The position numbers and the translations under genes are program-made. A DNA stretch of 64,000 bases, taken from Eledone cirrhosa. Lineage: Eukaryota. Where the stretch lies: positions 24,490,001-24,554,000 of the forward strand of contig OZ024740.1 of assembly GCA_964016885.1 (NCBI GenBank), read 5' to 3'. Below, piece after piece: positions 44,701 through 58,066 of this stretch. Below the pieces are notes generated by a model. It saw only the letters and a list, made by a program, of their open reading frames with translations, was not told where the DNA came from and made no database searches. Within the stretch, counting starts at the first letter, position 1; every line of letters begins with the position of its first letter.

Positions 44701-47700
44701 ACAGACATATAGATAAATAAGAAAGAAGGAAACTAGAGAGTTAGAGATGGAGAGATATATGGATAAATAGGACAGAAGGAAATTAGAGATCTAGAGATGC
44801 AGAAATATAGATAAATAGGACAAGAGGAAACTAGAGAGTTAGAGATGGAGAGACATATAGATACATAGGACAGAAGGAAACTAAAGTGTTAGAGATGGAT
44901 AGACATATAGATAAATAGGACAGAAGGAAACTAGAGAGCTAGTGATGCTGAGACATATAGATAAATAGGACAGGAGGAAACTAGAGAGGTAGAGATGGAG
45001 CCACATATAGATAAATAACACAGAAAGAAACTAGAGAGTTAGAGATGGAGAGACATATAGATATATAGGACAGAAGGTAATTAGAGATCTAGAGATGCAG
45101 ACATATAGATAATTAGGACAAGAGGAAACTAGAGAGGTAGAGATGGAGAGACATATAGATAAATAGGACAGAAGGAAACTAGAGAGTTAGAGATGGAGAG
45201 ACATATAGATAAACAGGACAGTAGGAAACTAGAGAGTTAGAGATGGAGAGACATATAGAAAAATAGGACAGAAGGAAACTAGAGAGCTAGATATGCAGAG
45301 ACATATAGATAAATAGGACAGAAGGAAACTAGAGAGTTAAAGTTCGAGAGACACATAGAAAAATAGGACAGAAGGAAACTAGAGAGTTAGAAATGGAGAG
45401 ACATATAGATAAATAGGACAGAAGGAAAGTAGAGAGCTAGAGATGGAGAGACATATAGATAAATAATACAGAAGGAAACTAGAGAGTTAGAGATGGAGCA
45501 TCATATAGGAAATAGGACAGAAGGAAACTAGAGCGTTAGAGATGGAGAGACATATAGATAAATAGGACAGAAGGAAACTAGAGAGTTAGAGATGCAGACA
45601 TATAGATAAATAGGACAAGAGGAAACTAGAGAGGTAGAGATGGAGAGATATATAGATAAATAGGACAGAAGGAAACTAGAGAGCTAGAGATGGAGAGACA
45701 TCTAGATAAATAGTACAGAAGGAAACTAGAGAGTTAGAGATGGAGAGACATATAGTTAATTAGGACAGAAGGATACTAGAGAGTTAGAGATGGAAAGACA
45801 TATAGATAAATATGACAGAAGGAAACTAGAGAGTGTGAGATGGAGAGACATATAGGTAAATATGTCAGAAGGAAACTAGAGAGTTAGAGATGGAGTGACA
45901 TATAGATAAATAGGACAGGAGGAAACTACAGAGCTAGAGGTGCAGAGACATATAGATAAATAGGACAGGAGGAAACTAGAGAGTTAGGGATGGAGAGACA
46001 TATAGAAAAATAGGACAGAAGGAAACTAGACAGATAGAGAGGGATAGACATATAGATAAATAGGACAGAAGTAAAGTAGAGAGCTAGAGATGGAGAGACA
46101 TCTAGATAAATAGTACAGAAGGAAACTAGAGAGTTAGGGATGGAGAGACATATAGAACATAGGACAGAAGGAAACTAGAGAGCTAGTGATGCAGAGACAT
46201 ATAGATAAATAGGACAGAAGGAAAGTAGAGAGCTAGAGATGGAGAGACATCTAGATTAAAAGTACAGAAGGAAACTAGAGAGATAGAGATGGATAGACAT
46301 ATAGATAAATAGGACAGAAGGAAACTAGAGAGTTAGAGACGGAGAGACATATAGATAAATAGGACAGAAGGAAACTAGAGAAGTAGAGATGGAGCCACAT
46401 ATAGATAAATAACACAGAACGAAACTAGAGAGTTAGAGATGGAGAGACATATAGATATATAGGACAGAAGGTAATTAGAGATCTAGAGATGCAGCCATAT
46501 AGATAAATAGGACAAGAGGAAACTAGAGAGGTAGAGATGTAGAGACATATAGATACATAGGACAGAAGGAAACTAGAGAGTTAGAGATGGAGAGACATAT
46601 AGATAAATAGGACAGTAGGAAACTAGAGAGTTAGAGATGGAGAGACATATAGAAAAATAGGACAGAAGGAAACTAGAGTGCTAGATATGCAGAGACATAT
46701 AGATAAATAGGACAGAACGAAAGTAGAGAGCTAGAGATGGAGAGACATCTAGATGTATAGTACAGAACGAAACTAGAGAGTTAGAGATGGAGAAACATAT
46801 AGGAAATAGGAAAGAAGGAAACTAGAGCGTTAGAGATGGAGAGACATATAGATAAATAGGACAGAAGGAAACTAGAGAGTTAGAGATGGAGAGACATATA
46901 GCCAAATAGAACAGAACAAAACTAGAGAGTTAGAGATGGAAAGACATATAGATAAATAGGACAGAAGGAAACAAGAGAGTTTGAGATGGAGAGACATATA
47001 GGTAAATAGGTCAGAAGGAAACTAGAGAGTTAGAGATGGATTGACATATAGATAAATAGGACAGGAGGAAACTACAGAGCAAGATGTGCAGAGACATATA
47101 GATAAATAGGACAGGAGGAAACTATAGAGGTAGAGATGGAGCGACATCTAGATAAATAAGACAGAAGGAAAGTAGAGAGCTAGAGATGGAGAGACATATA
47201 GATAAATAGGACAGAAGGAAAGTAGAGAGCTAGAGATGGAGAGACATCTAGATAAATAGTACAGAAGGAAACTAGAGATTTAGAGACGGAGAGACATATA
47301 GATAAATAGGACAGAAGGAAACTAGAGTGCTAGAGATGAAGAGACATATAGATAAATAGGACAGGAGGAAACTAGAGAGCTAGAGATGCAGAGACATATA
47401 GATAAATAGGACAGGAGGAAACTAGAGAGTTAGAGAGGGAGAGACATATTTATAAATAAGACAGAAGGAAACTAGAGAGTTAGAGATGGAAAGACATATA
47501 GATAAATCGGACAGAAGGAAACTAGAGAGATAGAGATTCAGAGACATAGATAAATAGGACAGGTGGAAACAAGAGAGGTAGAGATGGAGCGACATATAGA
47601 TAAATAAGACAGAAGGAAACGAGAGAGATAGAGATGAAGAGACATATAGATAAATAGGACAGAAGGAAACTAGAGAGTTAGAGATGGAGAGACATATAGA

Positions 47701-50700
47701 TAAATAGGACAGAAGGAAACTAGAGAGCTAGAGATGCAGAGACATATAGATAAATATGACAGAAGGAACCTAGAGAGTTAGAGATGGAGAGATATATAGA
47801 TAAATAGAACAGAAAGAAACTAGAGAGCTACAAATGGAGAGACATATAGATAAATAGGACAGAAAGAAACTAGAGAGCTAGTGATGCAGAGACATATAGA
47901 TAAATAGGACAGGAAGAAACTAGAGAGCTAGAGATGGAGCGACATATAGATAAATAACACAGAAGGAAACTAGACAGATAGAGATGGAGAGACATATAGA
48001 TAAATAAGACAGAAGGAAACTAGAGAGTTAGAGATGGAGAGACATATAGATATATAGGACAGAAGGAAACTAGAGATCTAGAGTTGCAGACATATAGATA
48101 AATAGGACAAGAGGAAACCAGAGAGCTAGAGATGGATGAGACATATAGAAAAATAGGACAGAATGAAACTAGAGAGCTAGAGATGCAAAGACATATAGAT
48201 AAATAGGACAGAAGGAAACTAGAGAGTTAGAGATGGAGAGACATATAGAAAAATAGGACAGAAGGAAAATAGAGAGTGAGAAATGGAGAGACATATAATT
48301 AAATATGACAGAAGGAAAGGAGAGAGCTAGAGATGGAGAAACATCTAGATAAATATTACAGAAGGAAACTAGAGAGTTAGAGATAGAGAGACATATAGAT
48401 AAATAGGACAGAAGGAAACTAGAGAGTTAGAAATGGAGTGACATATTGATAAATAGGACAGAAGGAAACTACAGAGCTAGAGGTGCAGAGACATATAGAT
48501 AAATAGGACAGAAGGAAACTAGAGAGTTAGAGATAGAGAGACATATAGATAAATAGGACAGAAGGAAACTAGAGAGATAGAGAGGGATAGACATATAGAT
48601 AAATAGGACAGAAGGAAAGTAGAGAGTTAGAAATGGAGAGACATCTGGATAAATAGTACAGAAGGAAACTAGAGAGATAGAGAGGGATAGACATATAGAT
48701 AAATAGGACAGAAGGAAAGTAGAGAGCTAGAGATGGAGAGACATCTAGATAAATAGTACTGAAGGAAACTAGAGAGTTAGGGATGGAGAGACATATAGAA
48801 CATAGGACAGAAGGAAACTAGAGAGCTAGTGATGCAGAGACATATACATAAATAGGACAGAATGAAAGTAGAGAGCTAGAGATGGAGAGACATCTAGATT
48901 AAAAGTACAGAAGGAAACTAGAGAGATAGAGATCGATAGACATATAGATATATAGGACAGAAGGAAAGTAGAGAGCTAGAGATGGAGAGACATCTAGATA
49001 AATAGTGTAGAAGGAAACTAGAGAGTTAGAGATGGAGAGACATATAGAAAATTGGACAGAAGGAAACTAGAGAGTTAGAGATGGAGAGACATATAGGAAA
49101 TAGGACAGAAGGAAACTAGAGCGTTAGAGATGGAGAGACATATAGATAAATAGGACAGAAGGAAACTAGAGAGTTAGAGATGCAGATATATAGATAAATA
49201 GGACAAGAGGAAACAAGAGGGGTAGAGATGGAGAGATGTATAGATAAATAGGACAGAAGGAAACTAGAGAGCTAGATATGCAGAGACATATAGATAAATA
49301 TGACAGAAAGAAACTAGAGAGTTAGAGATGGAGAGACATATAGATATATAGGACAGAAGGTAATTAGAGATCTAGAGAGACAGACATATAGATAAATAGG
49401 ACAAGAGGAAACTAGAGAGGTAGAGATGGAGAGACATATAGATAAATAGGACACAATGAAACTAGAGAGTTAGAGATGGAGAGACATATAGATAAATAGG
49501 ACAGTAGGAAACTAGAGAGTTAGAGATGGAGAGACATAGAAAAATAGGACAGAAGGAAACTAGAGAGCTAGATATGCAGAGACATATAGATAAATAGGAC
49601 AGAAGTAAACTAGAGAGTTAGAGATGGAGAGACATATAGAAAAATAGGACAGAAGGAAACTAGAGAGTTAGAAATGGAGAGACATAAAGATAAATAGGAC
49701 AGAAGGAAAGTAGAGAGCTAGAGCTGGAGAGACATATAGATAAATAGTACAAAAGGAAACTAGAGAGTTAGAGATGGAGAAACATATAGGAAATAGGACA
49801 GAAGGAAACTAGACCGTTAGAGATGGAGAGACATATAGATAAATAGGACAGAAGGAAACTAGAGAGTTAGAGATGCAGATATATAGATAAATAGGACAAG
49901 AGGAAACTAGAGGGGTAGAGATGGAGAGATATATAGATAAATAGGACAGAAGGAAACTAGAGAGCTAGAGATGGAGAGACATCTAGATAAATAGTACAGA
50001 AGGAAACTAGAGAGTTAGAGATGGAGAGACATATAGATAAATAGGACAGAAGGAAACTAGAGAGTTAGAGATGCAGACATATAGATAAATAGGACAAGAG
50101 GAAACTAGAGAGGTAGAGATGGAGAGATATATAGATAAATAGGACAGAAGGAAACTAGAGAGCTAGAGATGGAGAGACACCTAGATAAATAACACAGAAA
50201 GAAACTAGAGAGTTAGAGATGGAGAGACATATAGATATATAGGACAGAAGGTAAATAGAGATCTAGAGATGCAGCCATATAGATAAATAGGACAAGAGGA
50301 AACTAGAGAGGTAGAGATGGAGAGACATATAGATAAATAGGACAGAAGGAAACTAGAGAGTTAGAGATGGAGAGACATATAGATAAATAGGACAGAAGGA
50401 AACTAGAGCGTTAGAGAGGGAGTGACATATAGATATATAGGACAGAAGGAAACTAGAGATCTAGAAATGCAGACATATAGATAAATAGGTCAAGAGGAAA
50501 CAAGAGAGGTAGAGATGCAAAGACATATAGATAAATAGGACAGAAGGAAACTAGAGATTTAGAGATGGACAGACATATAGATAAATAAGAAAGAAGGAAA
50601 CTAGAGAGTTAGAGATGGAGAGATATATGGATAAATAGGACAGAAGGAAATTAGAGATCTAGAGATGCAGAAATATAGATAAATAGGACAAGAGGAAACT

Positions 50701-53700
50701 AGAGAGTTAGAGATGGAGAGACATATAGATACATAGGACAGAAGGAAACTAAAGTGTTAGAGATGGAGAGACATATAGATAAATATGACAGAAGGAAACT
50801 AGAGAGCTAGTGATGCTGAGACATATAGATAAATAGGACAGGAGGAAACTAGAGAGGTAGAGATGGAGCCACATATAGATAAATAACACAGAAAGAAACT
50901 AGAGAGTTAGAGATGGAGAGACATATAGATATATAGGACAGAAGGTAATTAGAGATCTAGAGATGCAGACATATAGATAATTAGGACAAGAGGAAACTAG
51001 AGAGGTAGAGATGGAGAGACATATAGATAAATAGGACAGAAGGAAACTAGAGAGTTAGAGATGGAGAGACATATAGATAAACAGGACAGTAGGAAACTAG
51101 AGAGTTAGAGATGGAGAGACATATAGAAAAATAGGACAGAAGGAAACTAGAGAGCTAGATATGCAGAGACATATAGATAAATAGGACAGAAGGAAACTAG
51201 AGAGTTAAAGTTCGAGAGACATATAGAAAAATAGGACAGAAGGAAACTAGAGAGTTAGAAATGGAGAGACATATAGATAAATAGGACAGAAGGAAAGTAG
51301 AGAGCTAGAGATGGAGAGACATATAGATAAATAATACAGAAGGAAACTAGAGAGTTAGAGATGGAGCATCATATAGGAAATAGGACAGAAGGAAACTAGA
51401 GCGTTAGAGATGGAGAGACATATAGATAAATAGGACAGAAGGAAACTAGAGAGTTAGAGATGCAGACATATAGATAAATAGGACAAGAGGAAACTAGAGA
51501 GGTAGAGATGGAGAGATATATAGATAAATAGGACAGAAGGAAACTAGAGAGCTAGAGATGGAGAGACATCTAGATAAATAGTACAGAAGGAAACTAGAGA
51601 GTTAGAGATGGAGAGACATATAGTTAATTAGGACAGAAGGATACTAGAGAGTTAGAGATGGAAAGACATATAGATAAATATGACAGAAGGAAACTAGAGA
51701 GTGTGAGATGGAGAGACATATAGGTAAATATGTCAGAAGGAAACTAGAGAGTTAGAGATGGAGTGACATATAGATAAATAGGACAGGAGGAAACTACAGA
51801 GCTAGAGGTGCAGAGACATATAGATAAATAGGACAGGAGGAAACTAGAGCGTTAGAGAGGGAGAGACATATAGATATATAGGACAAAAGGAAACTAGAGA
51901 TCTAGAAATGCAGACATATAGATAAATAGGTCAAGAGGAAACAAGAGAGGTAGAGATGGAAAGACATATAGATAAATAGGACAGAAGGAAACTAGAGATT
52001 TAGAGATGGACAGACATATAGATAAATAAGAAAGAAGGAAACTAGAGAGTTAGAGATGGAGAGACATATAGATAAATAGGACAGGAGGAAACTATAGAGC
52101 TAGAGATGCAGAGATATATGGATAAATAGGACAGAAGGAAAGTAGAGAGCTAGAGATGGAGAGACATCTAGATGTATAGTACAGAAGGAAACTAGAGCGT
52201 TAGAGATGGAGAGACATATAGATAAATAGGACAGAAGGAAACTAAAGTGTTAGAGATGGAGAGACATATAGATAAATAGGACAGAAGGAAACTAGCGAGC
52301 TAGAGATGGAGAGACATATAGATAAATAGGACAGAACGAAACTAGAGAGCGAGATGTAGAGACATATATATAAATAGAACAGAAAGAAACTGGAGAGTTA
52401 GAGATGGAGAGACATATAGATAAATAGGACAGAAGGAAACTAGAGAGTTAGAGATGGAAAGACATATAGATAAATAGGACATAAAGAAACGAGAGAGCTA
52501 GAGATGTAGAGACATATAGATGCATTGGACAGAAGGAAACTAGAGAGTTAGAGATGGAGAGACATATAGATATATAGGACAGAAGGAAACTAGAGAGTTA
52601 GAGATGCAGGGTCATATAGATAAATAGGACAGTAGGAAACTAGAGAGTTAGAGATCGAGAGACATATAGATAAATAGGACAGAAGGAAACTAAAGAGTTA
52701 GAGAGGGAGAGACATATTTATAAATAAGACAGAAGGAAACTAGAGAGTTAGAGATGGAAAGACATATAGATAAATCGGACAGAAGGAAACTAGAGAGTTA
52801 GAGATGGAGAGACATATAGAAAAATAGGACAGAAGGAAAATAGAGAGTGAGAAATGGAGAGACATATAATTAAATAGGACAGAAGGAAAGGCGAGAGCTA
52901 GAGATGGAGAAACATCTAGATAAATAGTACAGAAGGAAACTAGAGAGTTAGAGATGGAGAGACATATAGAAAATAGGACAGGAGGAAACTAGAGCGTTAG
53001 AGATGGAGAGACATATAGATAAATAGGACAGAAGGAAACTAGAGAGTTAGAAATGGAGTGACATATAGATAAATAGGACAGAAGGAAATTACAGAGCTAG
53101 AGGTGCAGAGACATATAGATAAATAGGACAGAAGGAAACTAGAGAGATAGAGAGGGATAGACATATAGATAAATAGGACAGAAGGAAAGTAGAGAGTTAG
53201 AAATGGAGAGACATCTAGATAAAAAGTACAGAAGGAAACTAGAGAGATAGAGAGGGATAGACATATAGATAAATAGGACAGAAGGAAAGTAGAGTACTAG
53301 AGATGGAGAGACATCTAGATAAATAATACAGAAGGAAACTAGAGAGTTAGGGATGGAGAGACATATAGAACATAGGAGAGAAGGAAACTAGAGAGCTAGT
53401 GATGCAGAGACATATAGATAAATAGGACAGAAGGAAAGTAGAGAGCTAGAGATGGAGAGACATCTAGATTAAAAGTACAGAAGGAAACTAGAGAGATAGA
53501 GATGTATAGACATATAGATAAATAGGACAGAAGGAAAGTAGAGAGCTAGAGATGGAGAGACATCTAGATAAATAGTACAGAAGGAAACTAGAGAGTTAGA
53601 TATGGAGAGACATATAGAAAATTGGACAGAAGGAAACTAAAGTGTTAGAGATGGAGAGAGATATAGATAAATAGGACAAAAGGAAACTAGAGAGTTAGAG

Positions 53701-56700
53701 ATGCAGACATATAGATAAATAGGACAAGAGGAAACTAGAGAGGTAGAGATGGAGAGACATATAGATAAATAGGACAGAAGGAAACTAGAGAGTTAGAGAT
53801 GGAGAGACATATAGACAAATAAGACACAAGGAAACTAGCGAGCTAGAGATGGAGAGACATATAGATAAATAGGACAGAAGGATACTAGAGAGTTAGAGTT
53901 GGAAAGACATATAGATAAATAGGACAGAAGGAAACTAGAAAGTTAGAGATGGAGAGACATATAGAAAAATAGGACATAAGGAAACTAGAGAGTTTGAGAT
54001 GGAGAGACATATAGGTAAATAGGTCAGAAGGAAACTAGAGAGTTAGAGATGGAGTGACATATAGATACATAGGACAGAAGGAACCTACAGAGGTAGAGGT
54101 GCAGAGACATATAGATAAATAGGACTGAAGCAAACTAGAGAGTACGAGATGGAGAGACATATAGATAAATAGGACAGAAGGAAACTAGAGAGCTAGAGAT
54201 GCAGAGACATATAGATAAATAGGACAGAAGGAACTAGAGAAGTAGAGATGGAAAGACATATAGATAAAAAGGACAGAAGGAAACAAGAGAGCTAGAGATG
54301 TAGAGACATATAGATAAATAGGACAGAAGGAAACTAGAGAGTTATAGTTGGAGAGACATATAGATAAATAGGACAGAAGGAAACTAGAGAGTTAGAGACG
54401 GAGAGACATATAGGTATATAGGACAGAAGGAAACTAGAGAGCTAGAGATGCAGGGTCATATAGATAAATAGGACAGTAGGAAACTAGAGAGGTAGAGATC
54501 GAGAAACATATAGATAAATAGGACAGAAGGAAACTAGAGAGTTAGAGAGGGAGAGACATATTTATAAATAAGACAGAAGGAAACTAAAGAGTTAGAGAGG
54601 GAGAGACATATAGATACAGAGGACAGAAGGAAACTATAGAGGGAGAGATGCAGAGATGTATAGATAAATAGGACAGAAGGAAACTAGAGAGGTGGAGATG
54701 GAGCGACATATAGATAAATAAGACAGAAGGAAACTAGAGAGATAGAGATGGAGAGATATATAGATAAATAGCACAGAGGGAAACTAGAGAGTTAGAGATG
54801 GAGAGACATATAGATAAATAGGACAGAAGGAAACTAGAGAGTTAGAGATGGAGAGACATATAGATAAATAGGACAGAAGGAAATTAGAGAGCTAGATTTG
54901 CAGAGACATATAGATAAATAAGACAGAAGGAAACTAGAGAGTTAGAAATGGAGTGACATATTGATAAATAGGACAGAAGGAAACTACAGAGCTAGAGGTG
55001 CAGAGACATATAGATAAATAGGACAGAAGGAAACTAGAGAGTTAGAGATAGAGAGACATATAGATAAATAGGACAGAAGGAAACTAGAGAGATAGAGAGG
55101 GATAGACATATAGATAAATAGGACAGAAGGAAAGTAGAGAGTTAGAAATGGAGAGACATCTAGATAAATAGTACAGAAGGAAACTAGAGAGATAGAGAGG
55201 GATAGACATATAGATAAATAGGACAGAAGGAAAGTAGAGAGCTAGAGATGGAGAGACATCTAGATAAATAGTACTGAAGGAAACTAGAGAGTTAGGGATG
55301 GAGAGACATATAGAACATAGGACAGAAGGAAACTAGAGAGCTAGTGATGCAGAGACATATACATAAATAGGACAGAATGAAAGTAGAGAGCTAGAGATGG
55401 AGAGACATCTAGATAAAAAGTACAGAAGGAAACTAGAGAGATAGAGATCGATAGACATATAGATATATAGGACAGAAGGAAAGTAGAGAGCTAGAGATGG
55501 AGAGACATCTAGATAAATAGTGTAGAAGGAAACTAGAGAGTTAGAGATGGAGAGACATATAGAAAATTGGACAGAAGGAAACTAGAGAGTTAGAGATGGA
55601 GAGACATATAGATAAATAGGACAGAAGGAAACTAGAGAGTTAGAGATGCAGACATATAGATAAATAGGACAAGAGGAAACTAGAGAGGTAGAGATGGAGA
55701 GACATATAGATAAATAGGACACAATGAAACTAGAGAGTTAGAGATGGAGAGACATATAGATAAATAGGACAGTAGGAAACTAGAGAGTTAGAGATGGAGA
55801 GACATAGAAAAATAGGACAGAAGAAAACTAGAGAGTTAGAGATGGAGAGACATATAGAAAAATAGGACAGAAGGAAACTAGAGAGTTAGAAATGGAGAGA
55901 CATATAGATAAATAGGACAGAAGGAAAGTAGAGAGCTAGAGCTGGAGAGACATATAGATAAATAGTACAAAAGGAAACTAGAGAGTTAGAGATGGAGAAA
56001 CATATAGGAAATAGGACAGAAGGAAACTAGAGCGTTAGAGATGGAGAGACATATAGATAAATAGGACAGAAGGAAACTAGAGAGTTAGAGATGCAGATAT
56101 ATAGATAAATAGGACAAGAGGAAACTAGAGAGGTAGAGATGGAGAGATATATAGATAAATAGGACAGAAGGAAACTAGAGAGCTAGAGATGGAGAGACAT
56201 CTAGATAAATAGTACAGAAGGAAACTAGAGAGTTAGAGATGGAGAGACATATAGATAAATAGGACAGAAGGAAACTAGAGAGTTAGAGATGCAGACATAT
56301 AGATAAATAGGACAAGAGGAAACTAGGGAGGTAGAGATGGAGAGATATATAGATAAATAGGACAGAAGGAAACTAGAGAGCTAGAGATGGAGAGACATCT
56401 AGATAAATAACACAGAAAGAAACTAGAGAGTTAGAGATGGAGAGACATATAGATATATAGGACAGAAGGTAATTAGAGATCTAGAGATGCAGCCATATAG
56501 ATAAATAGGACAAGAGGAAACTAGAGAGGTAGAGATGGAGAGACATATAGATAAATAGGACAGAAGGAAACTAGAGAGTTAGAGATGGAGAGACATATAG
56601 ATAAATAGGACAGAAGGAAACTAGAGCGTTAGAGAGGGAGTGACATATAGATATATAGGACAGAAGGAAACTAGAGATCTAGAAATGCAGACATATAGAT

Positions 56701-58066
56701 AAATAGGTCAAGAGGAAACAAGAGAGATAGAGATGCAAAGACATATAGATAAATAGGACAGAAGGAAACTAGAGATTTAGAGATGGACAGACATATAGAT
56801 AAATAAGAAAGAAGGAAACTAGAGAGTTAGAGATGGAGAGATATATGGATAAATAGGACAGAAGGAAATTAGAGATCTAGAGATGCAGAAATATAGATAA
56901 ATAGGACAAGAGGAAACTAGAGAGTTAGAGATGGAGAGACATATAGATACATAGGACAGAAGGAAACTAAAGTGTTAGAGATGGATAGACATATAGATAA
57001 ATAGGACAGAAGGAAACTAGAGAGCTAGTGATGCTGAGACATATAGATAAATAGGACAGGAGGAAACTAGAGAGGTAGAGATGGAGCCACATATAGATAA
57101 ATAACACAGAAAGAAACTAGAGAGTTAGAGATGGAGAGACATATAGATATATAGGACAGAAGGTAATTAGAGATCTAGAGATGCAGACATATAGATAATT
57201 AGGACAAGAGGAAACTAGAGAGGTAGAGATGGAGAGACATATAGATAAATAGGACAGAAGGAAACTAGAGAGTTAGAGATGGAGAGACATATAGATAAAC
57301 AGGACAGTAGGAAACTAGAGAGTTAGAGATGGAGAGACATATAGAAAAATAGGACAGAAGGAAACTAGAGAGCTAGATATGCAGAGACATATAGATAAAT
57401 AGGACAGAAGGAAACTAGAGAGTTAAAATTCGAGAGACACATAGAAAAATAGGACAGAAGGAAACTAGAGAGTTAGAAATGGAGAGACATATAGATAAAT
57501 AGGACAGAAGGAAAGTAGAGAGCTAGAGATGGAGAGACATATAGATAAATAATACAGAAGGAAACTAGAGAGTTAGAGATGGAGCATCATATAGGAAATA
57601 GGACAGAAGGAAACTAGAGCGTTAGAGATGGAGAGACATATAGATAAATAGGACAGAAGGAAACTAGAGAGTTAGAGATGCAGACATATAGATAAATAGG
57701 ACAAGAGGAAACTAGAGAGGTAGAGATGGATAGATATATAGATAAATAGGACAGAAGGAAACTAGAGAGCTAGAGATGGAGAGACATCTAGATAAATAGT
57801 ACAGAAGGAAACTAGAGAGTTAGAGATGGAGAGACATATAGTTAATTAGGACAGAAGGATACTAGAGAGTTAGAGATGGAAAGACATATAGATAAATATG
57901 ACAGAAGGAAACTAGAGAGTGTGAGATGGAGAGACATATAGGTAAATATGTCAGAAGGAAACTAGAGAGTTAGAGATGGAGTGACATATAGATAAATAGG
58001 ACAGGAGGAAACTACAGAGCTAGAGGTGCAGAGACATATAGATAAATAGGACAGGAGGAAACTAGA
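33890..58066 (+). repeat. About 12.1-kb tandem duplication x2 with internal indels
   Basis: Marker offsets are 12,080 (33,901/45,981; 35,461/47,541), 12,285 (37,893/50,178; 40,234/52,519), 12,136 (42,761/54,897) and 12,086 (45,495/57,581). Confidence 0.9.
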
